From the sequence record LC819008.1: DNA of 64,000 nt; one strand, 5' to 3'. This document shows positions 10,301-19,554 of this stretch, piece after piece. Numbering within the stretch: the first letter of the stretch is position 1; every line of letters starts with the position of its first letter. Under the pieces are notes generated by a model, which was not told the DNA's origin, did not search any database, and saw nothing but the letters and a program-made list of their open reading frames with translations. The position numbers were made by a program, and so were the translations under genes.

Positions 10301-11365
10301 ATGCATCGCACGGTATATATCAAAACAACGGAAGCGTGCAATCTGAACTGCAAGCATTGCTTTACCGGGGGCAGTCAACCGAAGCGTGAATTCCTCGATG
10401 TGGAAAGAACGATCGACTGGGTTCGACGTCTGTTTGAACACTTGAGTTTCGAGGACCACACGCACTTCGAACTCCACGGTGGTGAGCCGTTTCTCCTGCC
10501 CGTCAAGCAGTTGAAGGAACTGACCAAAGGTATTCGTACCTGGGGTCCGGTCAAGCACTCGATCGGTGCGACCACGAATCTGGTTTACAAGTTGACGGAT
10601 GAGCTCCTCTGGTTCATTCGCAACGATCTGGAAAGCATCGGGACGTCCTGGGATCCGGATATCCGGTTCAAGAACGACAAGCAGTACCAGCTGTGGTGGG
10701 AGAACATGAAGACCATCACGAATCACTGTGATGTCACACTGAACGTGAGTGTCTCCCGCAAGCTGACGGAAATGAACGTCAGCGATCTGCTGATGTATCT
10801 GCGTGACACTGGTGCTTCCAAGGTGCAATTCGAACGCATCACCCAGAACGGGAACGCGAAGAAGAATCTGGCTCTTTTCCCCACGAATGCAGAAATCAAC
10901 GACTGGTATCTGCGCCTGCACAACGCGTCCGAGAAGCTGAATGCTCGCGACTGGTTTTACAACGCAGCACTGGAAGACGTGTATGCAAAATTCGAAAATG
11001 GCAATGCTTGCTCTGGCACGTTCTGTCGGAATTGCGAAGAGACCATCTTTACGCTCAACGCGGACGGCAGCATTGGGGGTTGCGCCAATTCGGCGCCAGA
11101 GGAATCATTTGGACATATCGACCAGGAGATTTCCGAGCTGTTCTCTTCCCCCCGTCGACTTGATGGAATTGTCAACGAGAGAATCCGTAACGAAAATTGT
11201 TACGTTTGCCCTGTTGCCGCTTACTGTGGCGGGGATTGCCACCGATTGGCTTGGGAAGGTAGTGTCTGTGCTGCACCGCGGCAGCTGATGAAGAAGCTGG
11301 CCGGCCTGCCGTTAGACGAAGCCGTCCTGAACACGAAACGTATTATTCCCATCATGCAGGTATAA
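10301..11365 (+). CDS. Radical SAM/SPASM enzyme 1
   Basis: CNLNCKHC, HGGEP, C-terminal CSGTFCRNC...GGC...CYVCPVAAYCGGDC...C SPASM pattern. Confidence 0.92.
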   Translation: MHRTVYIKTTEACNLNCKHCFTGGSQPKREFLDVERTIDWVRRLFEHLSFEDHTHFELHGGEPFLLPVKQLKELTKGIRTWGPVKHSIGATTNLVYKLTDELLWFIRNDLESIGTSWDPDIRFKNDKQYQLWWENMKTITNHCDVTLNVSVSRKLTEMNVSDLLMYLRDTGASKVQFERITQNGNAKKNLALFPTNAEINDWYLRLHNASEKLNARDWFYNAALEDVYAKFENGNACSGTFCRNCEETIFTLNADGSIGGCANSAPEESFGHIDQEISELFSSPRRLDGIVNERIRNENCYVCPVAAYCGGDCHRLAWEGSVCAAPRQLMKKLAGLPLDEAVLNTKRIIPIMQV

Positions 11366-11371
11366 GGAAAT

Positions 11372-11932
11372 ATGAGTACTTACCGTACAGACGTCGACGC
11401 CGTAGCCCAGGCGTACGTACGTAACCAGGTGAACGGGAGCATTAACCCGTTCCGCTCGGACTGGGCACCGGGCTATACGAACACCGGCTTGCTGGGTTGG
11501 ATCTCGCAAGATCCCCCGGCATCGCATCCGTCGTCCAATGGCGAACTCAGCACCGCCGGTAACACGATGGTGACCAACCAGGTTCGCAATGCGATGATTG
11601 ATCTGGGCAACTACTACGGCTGGATCGCCAAGGGCCATTACGGTCTGCAGTCGACCAACCAGAGCGGCGCGAACTACTTGCAATACGAAGGCTACGGCTA
11701 CTTCGTGTTCAACGGTGCAGCGCCTGGTGCTCAGGATCACGCGAATCGCGTGGCGGCAGATCTGAACACTGCTGGGACGATGAACGGTACGATTCGATAT
11801 CAGTCGCTCATCGACTTCTACAACTTCGCGTGGAGCATCATCTGGAATCGTAAGGACGACCTGCAAGTCGAACTCACGGTTTGCCATTCGTCGTGCCACA
11901 CCTCGTGCCACGGCTCCCGCGGCCGTCGTTAA
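11372..11932 (+). CDS. Putative modification target with C-terminal (CHxS)3-RGRR
   Basis: All three Cys are in the last 16 residues, CHSSCHTSCHGSRGRR; SD aagga; directly downstream of rSAM 1. Confidence 0.75.
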   Translation: MSTYRTDVDAVAQAYVRNQVNGSINPFRSDWAPGYTNTGLLGWISQDPPASHPSSNGELSTAGNTMVTNQVRNAMIDLGNYYGWIAKGHYGLQSTNQSGANYLQYEGYGYFVFNGAAPGAQDHANRVAADLNTAGTMNGTIRYQSLIDFYNFAWSIIWNRKDDLQVELTVCHSSCHTSCHGSRGRR

Positions 11933-11941
11933 GGAGATATC

Positions 11942-13009
11942 ATGATCAATCTGTTCGATCGTGTCTATCTGCGACACGACAACGTTCTCGCCCGTGGTGA
12001 AGGTCAGAAGAAGCTGATCATCAGCCCGAAAGTCAAAGAGATCGCGTACGTCACCGATGCACTTCAGCAACAACAAGCTGGCATCCTCGGCACGTACGAG
12101 ACGTTCGCCGATGCCATCCATTACGCTGGCGACATCAATGCGTTCTGGGGCCAGCTGCGCACCAAGGCGAAGATCGTCATCATCGCTGACCGTGTGACCG
12201 TCGCTACGCTGCTCGTACAGTACTGGAAGGCAATCTTCCAGAACCCGTCGAAAGAAAGCCTGTATCTCCTGTACGAGATCATGGTGAACAACGAGAACCT
12301 GCATTCGCACCGTCCGACGGAAAAGCGCACGCATCTGTTCTCGCCCAATTCGACGCCGGGCGATGTCGAAAAGCTCACGGAAGAAGAGTTCCAGGAAATC
12401 TTCGACAAGAATGAAGCGGCACTGATCGACTTCTCGTCGGATGCTCAGCTGCCGAGCATTCCGTTCGAATATTTGCTGATGTCATATCTGGCAGATCCGA
12501 AGGACGAACTCGTCAAGCGAGTGCTCTTCCAGAAGCTCGACGGCATCATGCGCAGCAACATCGTCGCCAAGCTGATCGGTGGGCGTGAAGAACTCATGTT
12601 CGAATCGCACAACTACTATCTGCTTACGAGCGATGGTCCGGAAGAACTGATCGTCGACCCGATCGGTTACATGAAGAAGAGCGGTCATCTGGCATGGGTC
12701 ATGGACGAAGCATTTGTCTACGGCAACGAAGACGAGATCCTCGCGAAGTATTCGCTGGATCAGATCAAGTTCTTCTTCGAACAGATCAAGCGTCTGGTGC
12801 TGGAAGATGAATCGATCTTCGTGGCGATCGACTGCGTGAAGAAGAAACAATTCGCGCGCCTGATCGAATACGACATCGACGATCATCAGGGTAACTTCTT
12901 CGGCACGGGTGCGTTCGTGAACAAGATCAACGGTCTGTTGGTTTCGTTCGCGTATCAACTCAAGCGCATGGGGAACGTGAATCTCCTGAAGCAGTACGAA
13001 CTGAAGTAA
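11942..13009 (+). CDS. Hypothetical protein, cluster-associated (355 aa)
   Basis: SD aaggag, strong genome-type codon bias; no recognisable motif. Confidence 0.75.
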   Translation: MINLFDRVYLRHDNVLARGEGQKKLIISPKVKEIAYVTDALQQQQAGILGTYETFADAIHYAGDINAFWGQLRTKAKIVIIADRVTVATLLVQYWKAIFQNPSKESLYLLYEIMVNNENLHSHRPTEKRTHLFSPNSTPGDVEKLTEEEFQEIFDKNEAALIDFSSDAQLPSIPFEYLLMSYLADPKDELVKRVLFQKLDGIMRSNIVAKLIGGREELMFESHNYYLLTSDGPEELIVDPIGYMKKSGHLAWVMDEAFVYGNEDEILAKYSLDQIKFFFEQIKRLVLEDESIFVAIDCVKKKQFARLIEYDIDDHQGNFFGTGAFVNKINGLLVSFAYQLKRMGNVNLLKQYELK

Positions 13010-13018
13010 TTCCAACTG

Positions 13019-13057
13019 CTGCCTGACTCCTTCGGGAGTCGGGTAGTATCTTTTTTT
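13019..13057 (+). terminator. Rho-independent terminator
   Basis: ctgcctgactcc-TTCG-ggagtcgggtag followed by tatcttttttt. Confidence 0.85.
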
Positions 13058-13104
13058 CTATTGGTAGGTATTCTTTTTTGACCTATCCCACTGAGGAATA
13101 CGAA

Positions 13105-14259
13105 ATGAGTGAAGAGAAGAAAGACCCGAAGCGGATCAATTCCGAATTCATCAAAAAAGCCGAGCCCGTTGAATTTGTCGAAGATGGTGTTCGTCACATC
13201 TACTACCCGACTGTCCTCGTGACGCCGGAAGACGTGAAGCTGGTTCCGCCCTGGGAAGAATCCCCAGAAGTCATCCACTCGGATTCGAAATCGACGGACG
13301 GCCTGAAAGTCGTCAATGACGAACTGGTGTGGCCGAAAGCAGTCGAAGGCACTGAAATCAGCGAAAGCAGCAAAGTCGAAATGAATGTCGAATTCGCCGG
13401 CGGCTGGGGTGCAGAACTCCCGCCGCAAGAACAAACGCCTGAAGTCCAGACCGGCATTCCGGAAGACAAGTTGCGTGAAGTCACCGTGCCGTTCCCTGCC
13501 GACAAGATCCGCGAGTACTTCCAGGACAAGTCGCTTTTCTTCATCGCGAACTACAGCGAATCGAAGCTGAAGGGCGGTGCGTTCCTCACGTATCTGTCGA
13601 ACATCAACATCCCGTCGGATGTGAAGTTCAATACGCCGATTGGCTACGACGAGTACGCCGAGATCATGAAGGCGTACATGGAACAGCCTGGCGTGATCAA
13701 TTGCGCGGGCCTGCACGTCATGGCGGCTGAAATGCTGCTGGTCGCCAAGGGTCTGCCGTATGAGCGTTCGCCTTACGCTCTGCCGATCGACGAGAAGACC
13801 ATCCTGATGTTCATCGAAGAACATTACGAGATGGTTCAGAAGTGGCTGCACTTCATCGACTCGACGCAAGTGTTCGCCCTGCGTTCGATCAAGGCACTGA
13901 ACGACTTCTACAATCCGGACACGCGTTTCCCGGTCGTGGAAGATCGCAGCTACGTAGGCTGGAACATCGCCCAGCTGTTCCGTATTCCGGAATTCATCGC
14001 CGTGTACTTCTCGATTCCCAATGTCGAGTACAAGTTGTCGTACTTCAAGGACCAGTACGAAGAGTACATGTTCAAGAACGAGACGCTCGCCAAGTACTTC
14101 CAGTCGCAGAACAACTTCGCCGCATTGTACTTCATGCACTATGCGTCGGGCTTGTTCAAGCCGGAAGACATCAACCACGGTCTGTTCCGTATCGGCGTGT
14201 TCGATCCGGAAAGCGAGTTCTTCGAGAAGACTCCGTATGACTTTAGCATTCAAGAGTGA
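13105..14259 (+). CDS. Hypothetical protein with acidic N-terminal region, cluster-associated
   Basis: ATG at 13105 after SD gagga (track start 13078 is TTG); Glu/Pro-rich first ~110 aa then an aromatic-rich helical-looking domain. Confidence 0.75.
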   Translation: MSEEKKDPKRINSEFIKKAEPVEFVEDGVRHIYYPTVLVTPEDVKLVPPWEESPEVIHSDSKSTDGLKVVNDELVWPKAVEGTEISESSKVEMNVEFAGGWGAELPPQEQTPEVQTGIPEDKLREVTVPFPADKIREYFQDKSLFFIANYSESKLKGGAFLTYLSNINIPSDVKFNTPIGYDEYAEIMKAYMEQPGVINCAGLHVMAAEMLLVAKGLPYERSPYALPIDEKTILMFIEEHYEMVQKWLHFIDSTQVFALRSIKALNDFYNPDTRFPVVEDRSYVGWNIAQLFRIPEFIAVYFSIPNVEYKLSYFKDQYEEYMFKNETLAKYFQSQNNFAALYFMHYASGLFKPEDINHGLFRIGVFDPESEFFEKTPYDFSIQE

Positions 14260-14272
14260 TTCCAACTCTTCA

Positions 14273-15337
14273 ATGACGTTGAAGGACGCATCCCAATACC
14301 ACCTGAGCTTGAGTTTGGAGTGGCTAAAGGGATGCCAGTTCAACTGTAAAGGATGCCACGTCAATAAAAAGGCAGGGCTTCCCTTTACCGGCGACGATCT
14401 TGGTAACCTGAATCGGTGGCTTGACAGCATGCGGTGGAAAGGCAATTACCTGCCGACTATCGTGTTTCTGCAGCCCACTGACTTCTTGACTGCCGAGAAT
14501 ACCGCCGACATCCTGAAGAGTCCGTACACATACCCGACTCTGTCTGTGTTCAAACGTCTGTCGCTGCAATCGACGTTCCTGAATATGGACAACGCCGCTG
14601 AGATCGCTTCGATCCTGAAGGCACGGTTCTTTCACATGGAGTTGGAACTTAACTTCATCATCGAACCTGAGAAGGTAAACAACGAAAAGTATCTCGACAC
14701 GATTAAAGCAAATCGTGATCGCTTCATCGAGATGCTGGACTGGAAGAAGCACGTAGCGTCCTTCGCCATCATGAACGTTTATGAATACGATCGGGTGAAG
14801 AAGAACGACGTGAAGAAGATCCTGGCTGATTACCAGGCGCTTCATGACAAGATCAAGGAGAAGTTTGACTCCACGATCGATTTTAACTTCTCCATGACTC
14901 GCAATCCGTGGTGGAGTAATGAAGACGTAGCAGAAGCAGTACGTGGCGTCAGTCGAATCTTCGACGGAGGCGTGGACAATGTTTTTAACCAGACGATCCG
15001 CTTCTCGTTTGGTAAGCTGGAAGACTCGTCCATCGAAAAGCATTACAACTGGCATCAAGGACACTTGTATGTGTCGCCGATGATCTACGAGCGAATCGCA
15101 TCGTTCCATCGGAAGCTTCAGATTCCACATACGTTGTATTCCGTGTGGGAAACAGAAGACTTCGAGCGCCGGTTGCTGATCGATCAGTACCACAACTCCG
15201 AAACCAAGACCGAGTGCAATTCGTGTCGATATCAAGCCTCTTGCATCGAGCGCAATGTCCTGACGTTTATGGACATGCACGAGATCAAGGACTGCATCAT
15301 CGCCCGCAAAGCTCTCGATGCCATTAACGTCATCTGA
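14273..15337 (+). CDS. Divergent radical SAM enzyme 2
   Basis: ATG at 14273 (MTLKDASQY); CQFNCKGC; no GGEP motif (FLQPTD instead); C-terminal CNSCRYQASC...C. Confidence 0.75.
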   Translation: MTLKDASQYHLSLSLEWLKGCQFNCKGCHVNKKAGLPFTGDDLGNLNRWLDSMRWKGNYLPTIVFLQPTDFLTAENTADILKSPYTYPTLSVFKRLSLQSTFLNMDNAAEIASILKARFFHMELELNFIIEPEKVNNEKYLDTIKANRDRFIEMLDWKKHVASFAIMNVYEYDRVKKNDVKKILADYQALHDKIKEKFDSTIDFNFSMTRNPWWSNEDVAEAVRGVSRIFDGGVDNVFNQTIRFSFGKLEDSSIEKHYNWHQGHLYVSPMIYERIASFHRKLQIPHTLYSVWETEDFERRLLIDQYHNSETKTECNSCRYQASCIERNVLTFMDMHEIKDCIIARKALDAINVI

Positions 15338-15341
15338 GACG

Positions 15342-15371
15342 CATATGGAGTGGCCTAGGCCACTCCATATG
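15342..15371. repeat. Perfect 30-bp palindrome
   Basis: catatggagtggcctaggccactccatatg equals its own reverse complement; no U-tract follows. Confidence 0.95.
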
Positions 15372-15386
15372 TCCTGTGAGGAATGT

Positions 15387-16409
15387 ATGAACAACGATAT
15401 CCTGAATGAAATGCTGTCATCCAAAGTGCAAGACAGCACCGAGATCGAACACCACCTGTTCGAGTACTGCAACCTGAACTGCTCCTTCTGCGGTCAGGAT
15501 CATGACTCGAAGGTCGGTATGGAATCGATCATCGAAAAAGCCCACAAGACTGTGGACTTCATATTCCATTCGAAGAAGAAGAAACACACCATCAACGTGA
15601 TGGGTGGTGAGATCTTCAATGACAAGATCGAAACGAATGTTTTCCTGGACTACTACAAGTTCTACGAGATCATCGAAAAGGTCTGTCGCGATCTCGGAGT
15701 GGAATTCCAGATCAACTGGGTCACGAATCTCATCTTCACGGAAAACCGTGAGATGGTTCAGTGGCTTATGAACAAGACGAAGGCACATGCCAGGATCTCG
15801 ACGTCGTATGACTTCGCTGGGCGTGGGTTGGACATCAATCGTTCATTGGTGTTCAAGCACAACCTGAATCTGTTCAAGGAGCATATCGGCGTGGTTGGTT
15901 TCGTTCTCACGAAGCCTGCTATCCGTAAACTCCTCAATAGCACGGACATGTTCTTCCAGACTGTCCTGTATCCAAACTTCCCGTTGTATTTCGACTGGTA
16001 CGTACCGGAGAAGTCCTCGAACAAGATGATGCCATCTGAGCAAGAAATGCTCGATGCGCTTCTCTTTGTCGCGGATAAGTATCCGAACATCGAACCGGTT
16101 AAGTCCATGCTGGAGAACGAGCACAACAAGATGACGTGCTTCAGCCTGAACAAGACCACAATCCTGCCTGATGGTAAGGAAGTAACTTGTCGGTACCTCG
16201 AATACGACAAAGAAAAATTTAACAACGACATTGATTATTCGAGCAATGCCAACATCATCCAGGCCCACCTTGATAGAAACGAATGCTATTCGTGTCCTCA
16301 CTTTGACCGCTGCCAGTTTCGGTGTTTTGTACAAGCTGACTGGGCAGAACTTGAGCGACTCCCTTCCTGCTTCATCCGAACCTTCTTCGACAAAGTGCTC
16401 GCATCATGA
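15387..16409 (+). CDS. Radical SAM/SPASM-like enzyme 3
   Basis: ATG at 15387 after SD gagga; CNLNCSFC, MGGEIF, C-terminal C...C...CYSCPHFDRCQFRC...C. Confidence 0.88.
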   Translation: MNNDILNEMLSSKVQDSTEIEHHLFEYCNLNCSFCGQDHDSKVGMESIIEKAHKTVDFIFHSKKKKHTINVMGGEIFNDKIETNVFLDYYKFYEIIEKVCRDLGVEFQINWVTNLIFTENREMVQWLMNKTKAHARISTSYDFAGRGLDINRSLVFKHNLNLFKEHIGVVGFVLTKPAIRKLLNSTDMFFQTVLYPNFPLYFDWYVPEKSSNKMMPSEQEMLDALLFVADKYPNIEPVKSMLENEHNKMTCFSLNKTTILPDGKEVTCRYLEYDKEKFNNDIDYSSNANIIQAHLDRNECYSCPHFDRCQFRCFVQADWAELERLPSCFIRTFFDKVLAS

Positions 16410-16978
16410 AACTCATTCTTATCGCAGCTGAAGCAGCAAACAAGGTCATCGGCAACGACGGCAAGATGCCGTGGCATATTCCGGAAGACCTGTGGCACTT
16501 CAAGGAAGTGACGTCCGGCCATGCCGTTATCATGGGTCGCAAGACCTGGGAATCGCTCGGCAGCAAGCCTCTTCCCAATCGCACCAACGTAGTCGTATCG
16601 AAAACGCTCGGTCCTTTGGAAGGTGCCCATTCTGTACGCAACTTCAGAACGGCTGTCAAGACGTTGATTGCAGCCGGTTACGATCGCTCTTACGTGATTG
16701 GCGGCGAGTCGCTTTATCGCGCCGCTCTGCCGTGGGCGTCGAAGATCATCCTTACGAAGCTCTACAAGTCGTACGAAGGCGATGCGCATTTCCCGGACAT
16801 CGATCCTTTACAATGGACAGAATACGATAAAGTCGACGTACTCACTGAGCAAGGATACGGATATGTTCAGTTACGCCAAAATACTCATGACACACTTTCC
16901 CAGCCGTTCACGATTTACAAGTATATGAACGTCAATCAGCCTGATGTCGCTCGCTGGGTCGATTTGATCAAGGACTAA
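16406..16978 (+). CDS. folA: Dihydrofolate reductase
   Basis: IGNDGKMPWHIPEDL, IMGRKTWESL, PLPNRTNVVVS, VIGGESLY, GDAHFP; ATGA overlap with rSAM 3; ~30-aa C-terminal extension. Confidence 0.95.
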   Translation: MKLILIAAEAANKVIGNDGKMPWHIPEDLWHFKEVTSGHAVIMGRKTWESLGSKPLPNRTNVVVSKTLGPLEGAHSVRNFRTAVKTLIAAGYDRSYVIGGESLYRAALPWASKIILTKLYKSYEGDAHFPDIDPLQWTEYDKVDVLTEQGYGYVQLRQNTHDTLSQPFTIYKYMNVNQPDVARWVDLIKD

Positions 16979-16979
16979 A

Positions 16980-18056
16980 ATGAACCATCCCTCTTTGATC
17001 ATCAAGCCTACGGAATCGTGTAACTTCAAGTGCACGTTCTGTTCGTCGACCGATATCCAGGGAGATTCCCCTAACCTGGATATCGAGTATATCAAGCTTT
17101 ACCTGGAGCGTTTCCCTCAGACTCCGACCATCATTGTCAATGGTGGTGACCCTCTGATGATGAAGCCTGAGTACTACTGGGCGATCTTGAAGATCATCGA
17201 GGACATGGGTCTTAAAACCACGCTCTCGTTTACAAGCAATCTGTGGGCTTTCTATAAAAAGCCTAGCATGTGGGTGGACTTGTTCCGCCATCCGCTTGTA
17301 GGGGTCTCTACGAGCTTCCAGTACGGTAATTCACGGCTTAAGGGCGACCTTACTCCGTTTACCGAGGAAGAGTTCTGGGAAATTTCCAACATGATGCTCG
17401 AAATGGTTGGATATCGTCCTTCCTTCATCGCAGTCATCACGAAAGAAAATGAACATACCGCGATCAAGACTGTCGAGCTTGCTAAACAGATGGGTGTTGT
17501 CTGCAAGCTTAACTATGCAATGGCGTCGGGACCTAAGACGTGGTTCAAGGGGATCCAGATCGGCAGTGCCGACAGCACCTACGTCCTTGCCGACATCTAT
17601 GAAAAATATATCGAGATCGCCCAAGCGGGTCTCGCGCCGTGGGAACATAACACGACGGTCATGATTAACAGGCTCAAGGGCCTGCAAAATCAGATGTGTC
17701 CTCAGGCTCGCCAGTGCGATGAAGGTATTCGTGCTCTCCAGCCTGGCGGCAAGTATTACAGCTGTGGTGCGTTCGGAGACGATGGATTATATCCTATCGA
17801 CTTCGCCAATGAAATGAAGGGCGGCTTTGAAACCCCTCTTCGTCATCAGCCTGAGCTTCAATCGCTCAAGGACAGCTGCTACGAGTGCCCGATGTTTGAA
17901 ATCTGCAACGGGTGCCGTAAGACCACGCACGATCTAAAACGTCTTGACCTGGTGGAAGTCCACTGCTCCAAGATGAAGACGCTTGCTCCGAAAATCATAG
18001 AACTCAATGGGTTAACAGGAAAGCTTATTCCGACGCCCTATGTCAAGGAGACATGA
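16980..18056 (+). CDS. Radical SAM/SPASM enzyme 4
   Basis: CNFKCTFC, NGGDPL, CPQARQC...SCG...CYECPMFEICNGC...HC. Confidence 0.92.
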   Translation: MNHPSLIIKPTESCNFKCTFCSSTDIQGDSPNLDIEYIKLYLERFPQTPTIIVNGGDPLMMKPEYYWAILKIIEDMGLKTTLSFTSNLWAFYKKPSMWVDLFRHPLVGVSTSFQYGNSRLKGDLTPFTEEEFWEISNMMLEMVGYRPSFIAVITKENEHTAIKTVELAKQMGVVCKLNYAMASGPKTWFKGIQIGSADSTYVLADIYEKYIEIAQAGLAPWEHNTTVMINRLKGLQNQMCPQARQCDEGIRALQPGGKYYSCGAFGDDGLYPIDFANEMKGGFETPLRHQPELQSLKDSCYECPMFEICNGCRKTTHDLKRLDLVEVHCSKMKTLAPKIIELNGLTGKLIPTPYVKET

Positions 18057-18601
18057 TGGAACTGCTTCAGCCTTGGAAAACCAGCATCGGCAAAATGTCT
18101 GTCCTCGAATTCGTGGATATCGATGCGATGCTAAACGAAGTCATGCAGCACCCGATGGTGATGGAGAACCCGCGCAACGGCGCGCTTCGGGTGAAGTATG
18201 AGGAGTTTCCGATCTGTTCGGATGTGCTGGAGCACAAGCTTAAGCCAGAAGTCGAGAAGTACATCGAAATGGTAGGCGGGCGTCGGCCCGATCGTCTTGC
18301 ATGGAGTAGCTGGTTTCATATCTGCATGCATGGCAACGGACTGATTCCGCACTACCACGACGAAGCTCTGAATTCGGTTCTGTATTTTACAACGTCGAAG
18401 GCTAATCTGGTGCTACGCGACCCTCTGTCTTCTCAAGCAAGACAATGGCCGCAGGACATGCGCAAGAAGATGCACGCCGACCAACAGTTTCACCCAGTCA
18501 AGGGCGACTTCCTGATGTTCCCGGGATACGTCGACCATTACGTTATGGCAGATGAACCGGACTTCCGGATCTCCATGGCAACTGACTGGATCTTTAGATA
18601 A
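18053..18601 (+). CDS. Fe(II)/2OG oxygenase, TIGR02466/2OG-FeII_Oxy_5-like
   Basis: PHYH...SVLY...LVLRDP...GDFLMFPGYVDHYV...RISMA pattern. Confidence 0.8.
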   Translation: MMELLQPWKTSIGKMSVLEFVDIDAMLNEVMQHPMVMENPRNGALRVKYEEFPICSDVLEHKLKPEVEKYIEMVGGRRPDRLAWSSWFHICMHGNGLIPHYHDEALNSVLYFTTSKANLVLRDPLSSQARQWPQDMRKKMHADQQFHPVKGDFLMFPGYVDHYVMADEPDFRISMATDWIFR

Positions 18602-18609
18602 GGTAAGTC

Positions 18610-19554
18610 ATGCTGGCTAACGATTCCGGGATCATTAATGTAAGTCTCAACCCGACTTACTACTGCAACTTCCGTTGCGACTTCTGCTACCTCACGAAGA
18701 AGCAGCTGAACACTCAGGACTACCTGCCTGTGTCGGGTATCCGTAAGAAGCTTCAGGAGATCCTGGATTCGGGACACCAGATCGGTCATGTGGATTTCTA
18801 CGGCGGGGAGGTCATGCTCCTGCCGATTCCGTATCTGCTGGAAGTCGAACAGCTGTTGTTCGATGAGTTCAAGATCGAAGATGCGGAGATCATTACCAAC
18901 CTCTCGGCCTACAAAAAACCGATCGTGGAAGACACGCGATTTGGTCTTTCTGTGAGCTACGATTTCGAGCATCGAGCCCAGCACGAACACGTGTGGCAAA
19001 ACATGCTAAAAGTCCCGAAACCCTTTACTGTATTGACTTTGGGGGTGGGGGGCGTGCTTGAGAGTGACCCTGCTGAACTGGTGGAACGCATCAATTTGCT
19101 GGAGAACTGCAAGGCTTGGGAAATCAAGCCGTATAGCAAGAACCAGGCGAATCAGCTGGACGTCACAGACAAACAATTCGAAGAGTTTGTCAAGAAAATC
19201 ATCGAGTATCCGAACAAGCAGTTCGAGTTCTTGAATGAGACGAAACTTCGAACCATCAAGTTCCGCGACTACAACGCATTCTCCGACAACCACGTCTACA
19301 TCACACCCAAGGGTAACTTCGGTGTGTTGGAGTTCGACGAGAATGATCGTGAGTTCTTCCAGGAACTGAAGACCTTCGACGCTTATGTCATGTGGACTCA
19401 AGGCGAGAAGGCCCGCGTCATGTCGAACGCAACCTGTGGTAGCTGCCAGTACATGGGCAAGTGTGCATCCGAGCATCTGCGCGATGTCCAGTCCATGGAG
19501 AACAGCTGCAACGGCTTTTACAACCTGATTCAATGGTACGAGGCACGGCCATGA
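18610..19554 (+). CDS. Radical SAM enzyme 5 with C-terminal Cys cluster
   Basis: CNFRCDFC, YGGEV, CGSCQYMGKC...SC. Confidence 0.9.
   Translation: MLANDSGIINVSLNPTYYCNFRCDFCYLTKKQLNTQDYLPVSGIRKKLQEILDSGHQIGHVDFYGGEVMLLPIPYLLEVEQLLFDEFKIEDAEIITNLSAYKKPIVEDTRFGLSVSYDFEHRAQHEHVWQNMLKVPKPFTVLTLGVGGVLESDPAELVERINLLENCKAWEIKPYSKNQANQLDVTDKQFEEFVKKIIEYPNKQFEFLNETKLRTIKFRDYNAFSDNHVYITPKGNFGVLEFDENDREFFQELKTFDAYVMWTQGEKARVMSNATCGSCQYMGKCASEHLRDVQSMENSCNGFYNLIQWYEARP

Noticed and set aside
11880-11932. CHSSCH read as a c-type heme-binding motif
   Set aside because: Spacing is CX3CH rather than CXXCH, there is no signal peptide, and no heme maturation genes are in the window. Not excluded, but unsupported.
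14021-14272. Track ORF extension giving a 438-aa rSAM 2 overlapping the 13105 gene
   Set aside because: The extension is an off-frame read of the upstream gene; the ATG at 14273 just after that gene's stop places the CxxxCxxC motif at the usual N-terminal position.
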